Positions 46,155 through 46,490 of a stretch of 46,490 bases of DNA are shown here, one piece after another (within the stretch, counting starts at the first letter, position 1; each line of letters begins with the position of its first letter). The notes beneath the pieces are model-generated. The model did not search any database. It was given only the letters and a program-made list of their open reading frames with translations, and was not told where the DNA came from. Made by a program: the position numbers and the translations under genes. The stretch comes from a virus (lineage: Duplodnaviria; Caudoviricetes): IMG/VR virus record IMGVR_UViG_3300025296_000026, positions 1 to 46,490 of that record; one strand, written 5' to 3'.

Positions 46155-46490
46155 ATGGCCTGGACAAGTCCGCGCACATGGGTCTCGGGTGAGTTAGTAA
46201 CTGCGGCATTGATGAATACTTATATCAAAGACAATCAAGTAGCGCTCGACACGTTTCTCGGCGGTCAGAATCTCACGGATAATGCCGTGCTTATGGGTAA
46301 CGGCACGTCGCCTATTACGCCTGCGAGTGGCGTGTATGGATACGATTCAACGGCTGCACTGAAGATCGAAGGGGCGGACCCATATCTGTCACTAAAAGAG
46401 ACGACAAATACCAAAGAGTGGAAGATACAGGTTGTTGACGACAGCAGCGAGTCATTGATTCAGATTCCGACTCCAACTGGTGGCACGACA
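46155..46490 (+). CDS. Tail fibre / receptor-binding protein, N-terminus only (runs off the window)
   Basis: RBS GGAG; MAWTSPRTWVSGELVTAALMNTYIKDN, a typical fibre anchor; open to the window end. Confidence 0.8.
   Translation, partial: MAWTSPRTWVSGELVTAALMNTYIKDNQVALDTFLGGQNLTDNAVLMGNGTSPITPASGVYGYDSTAALKIEGADPYLSLKETTNTKEWKIQVVDDSSESLIQIPTPTGGTT

Noticed and set aside
1-46490. Stop-codon reassignment, DGR/reverse transcriptase, introns or inteins
   Set aside because: Genes are full length under code 11 using all three stops; no RT motifs; TerL and DnaB are of normal size.

Overview
The window is a near-complete genome of a tailed dsDNA phage with siphovirus-type morphogenesis genes (HK97-fold capsid, tail tube, tail assembly chaperone with a -1 frameshift, TP901-type tape measure). 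It opens inside the fibre/lysis region and ends inside a tail-fibre gene. Every credible gene is on the + strand. Order: lysis genes; a promoter with a boxA-like element and about 600 nt of heavily structured non-coding sequence; small early genes; an AT-rich putative origin; a Ycf46-like AAA/DUF1257/DUF2997 module; recombination and replication genes (SSAP, Cas4-like exonuclease, DnaB, RusA); a seven-gene nonulosonic-acid (pseudaminic-like) sugar-nucleotide pathway; ParB-like protein and C5 DNA methyltransferase; terminases; a broken adenine methyltransferase; head, neck and tail. Three observations stand out. (1) A candidate phage-encoded virion O-glycosylation system: the CMP-nonulosonate pathway, two Maf/CstII-like transferases placed among the head genes, and Ser/Thr-clustered structural proteins. 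(2) An AAA+ ATPase whose Walker B segment lies before Walker A. (3) A large structured RNA at the start of the early region. I found no integrase, repressor, primase, polymerase, tRNA or CRISPR array. All family calls come from motifs read by eye; no database searches were run, and the host cannot be determined.
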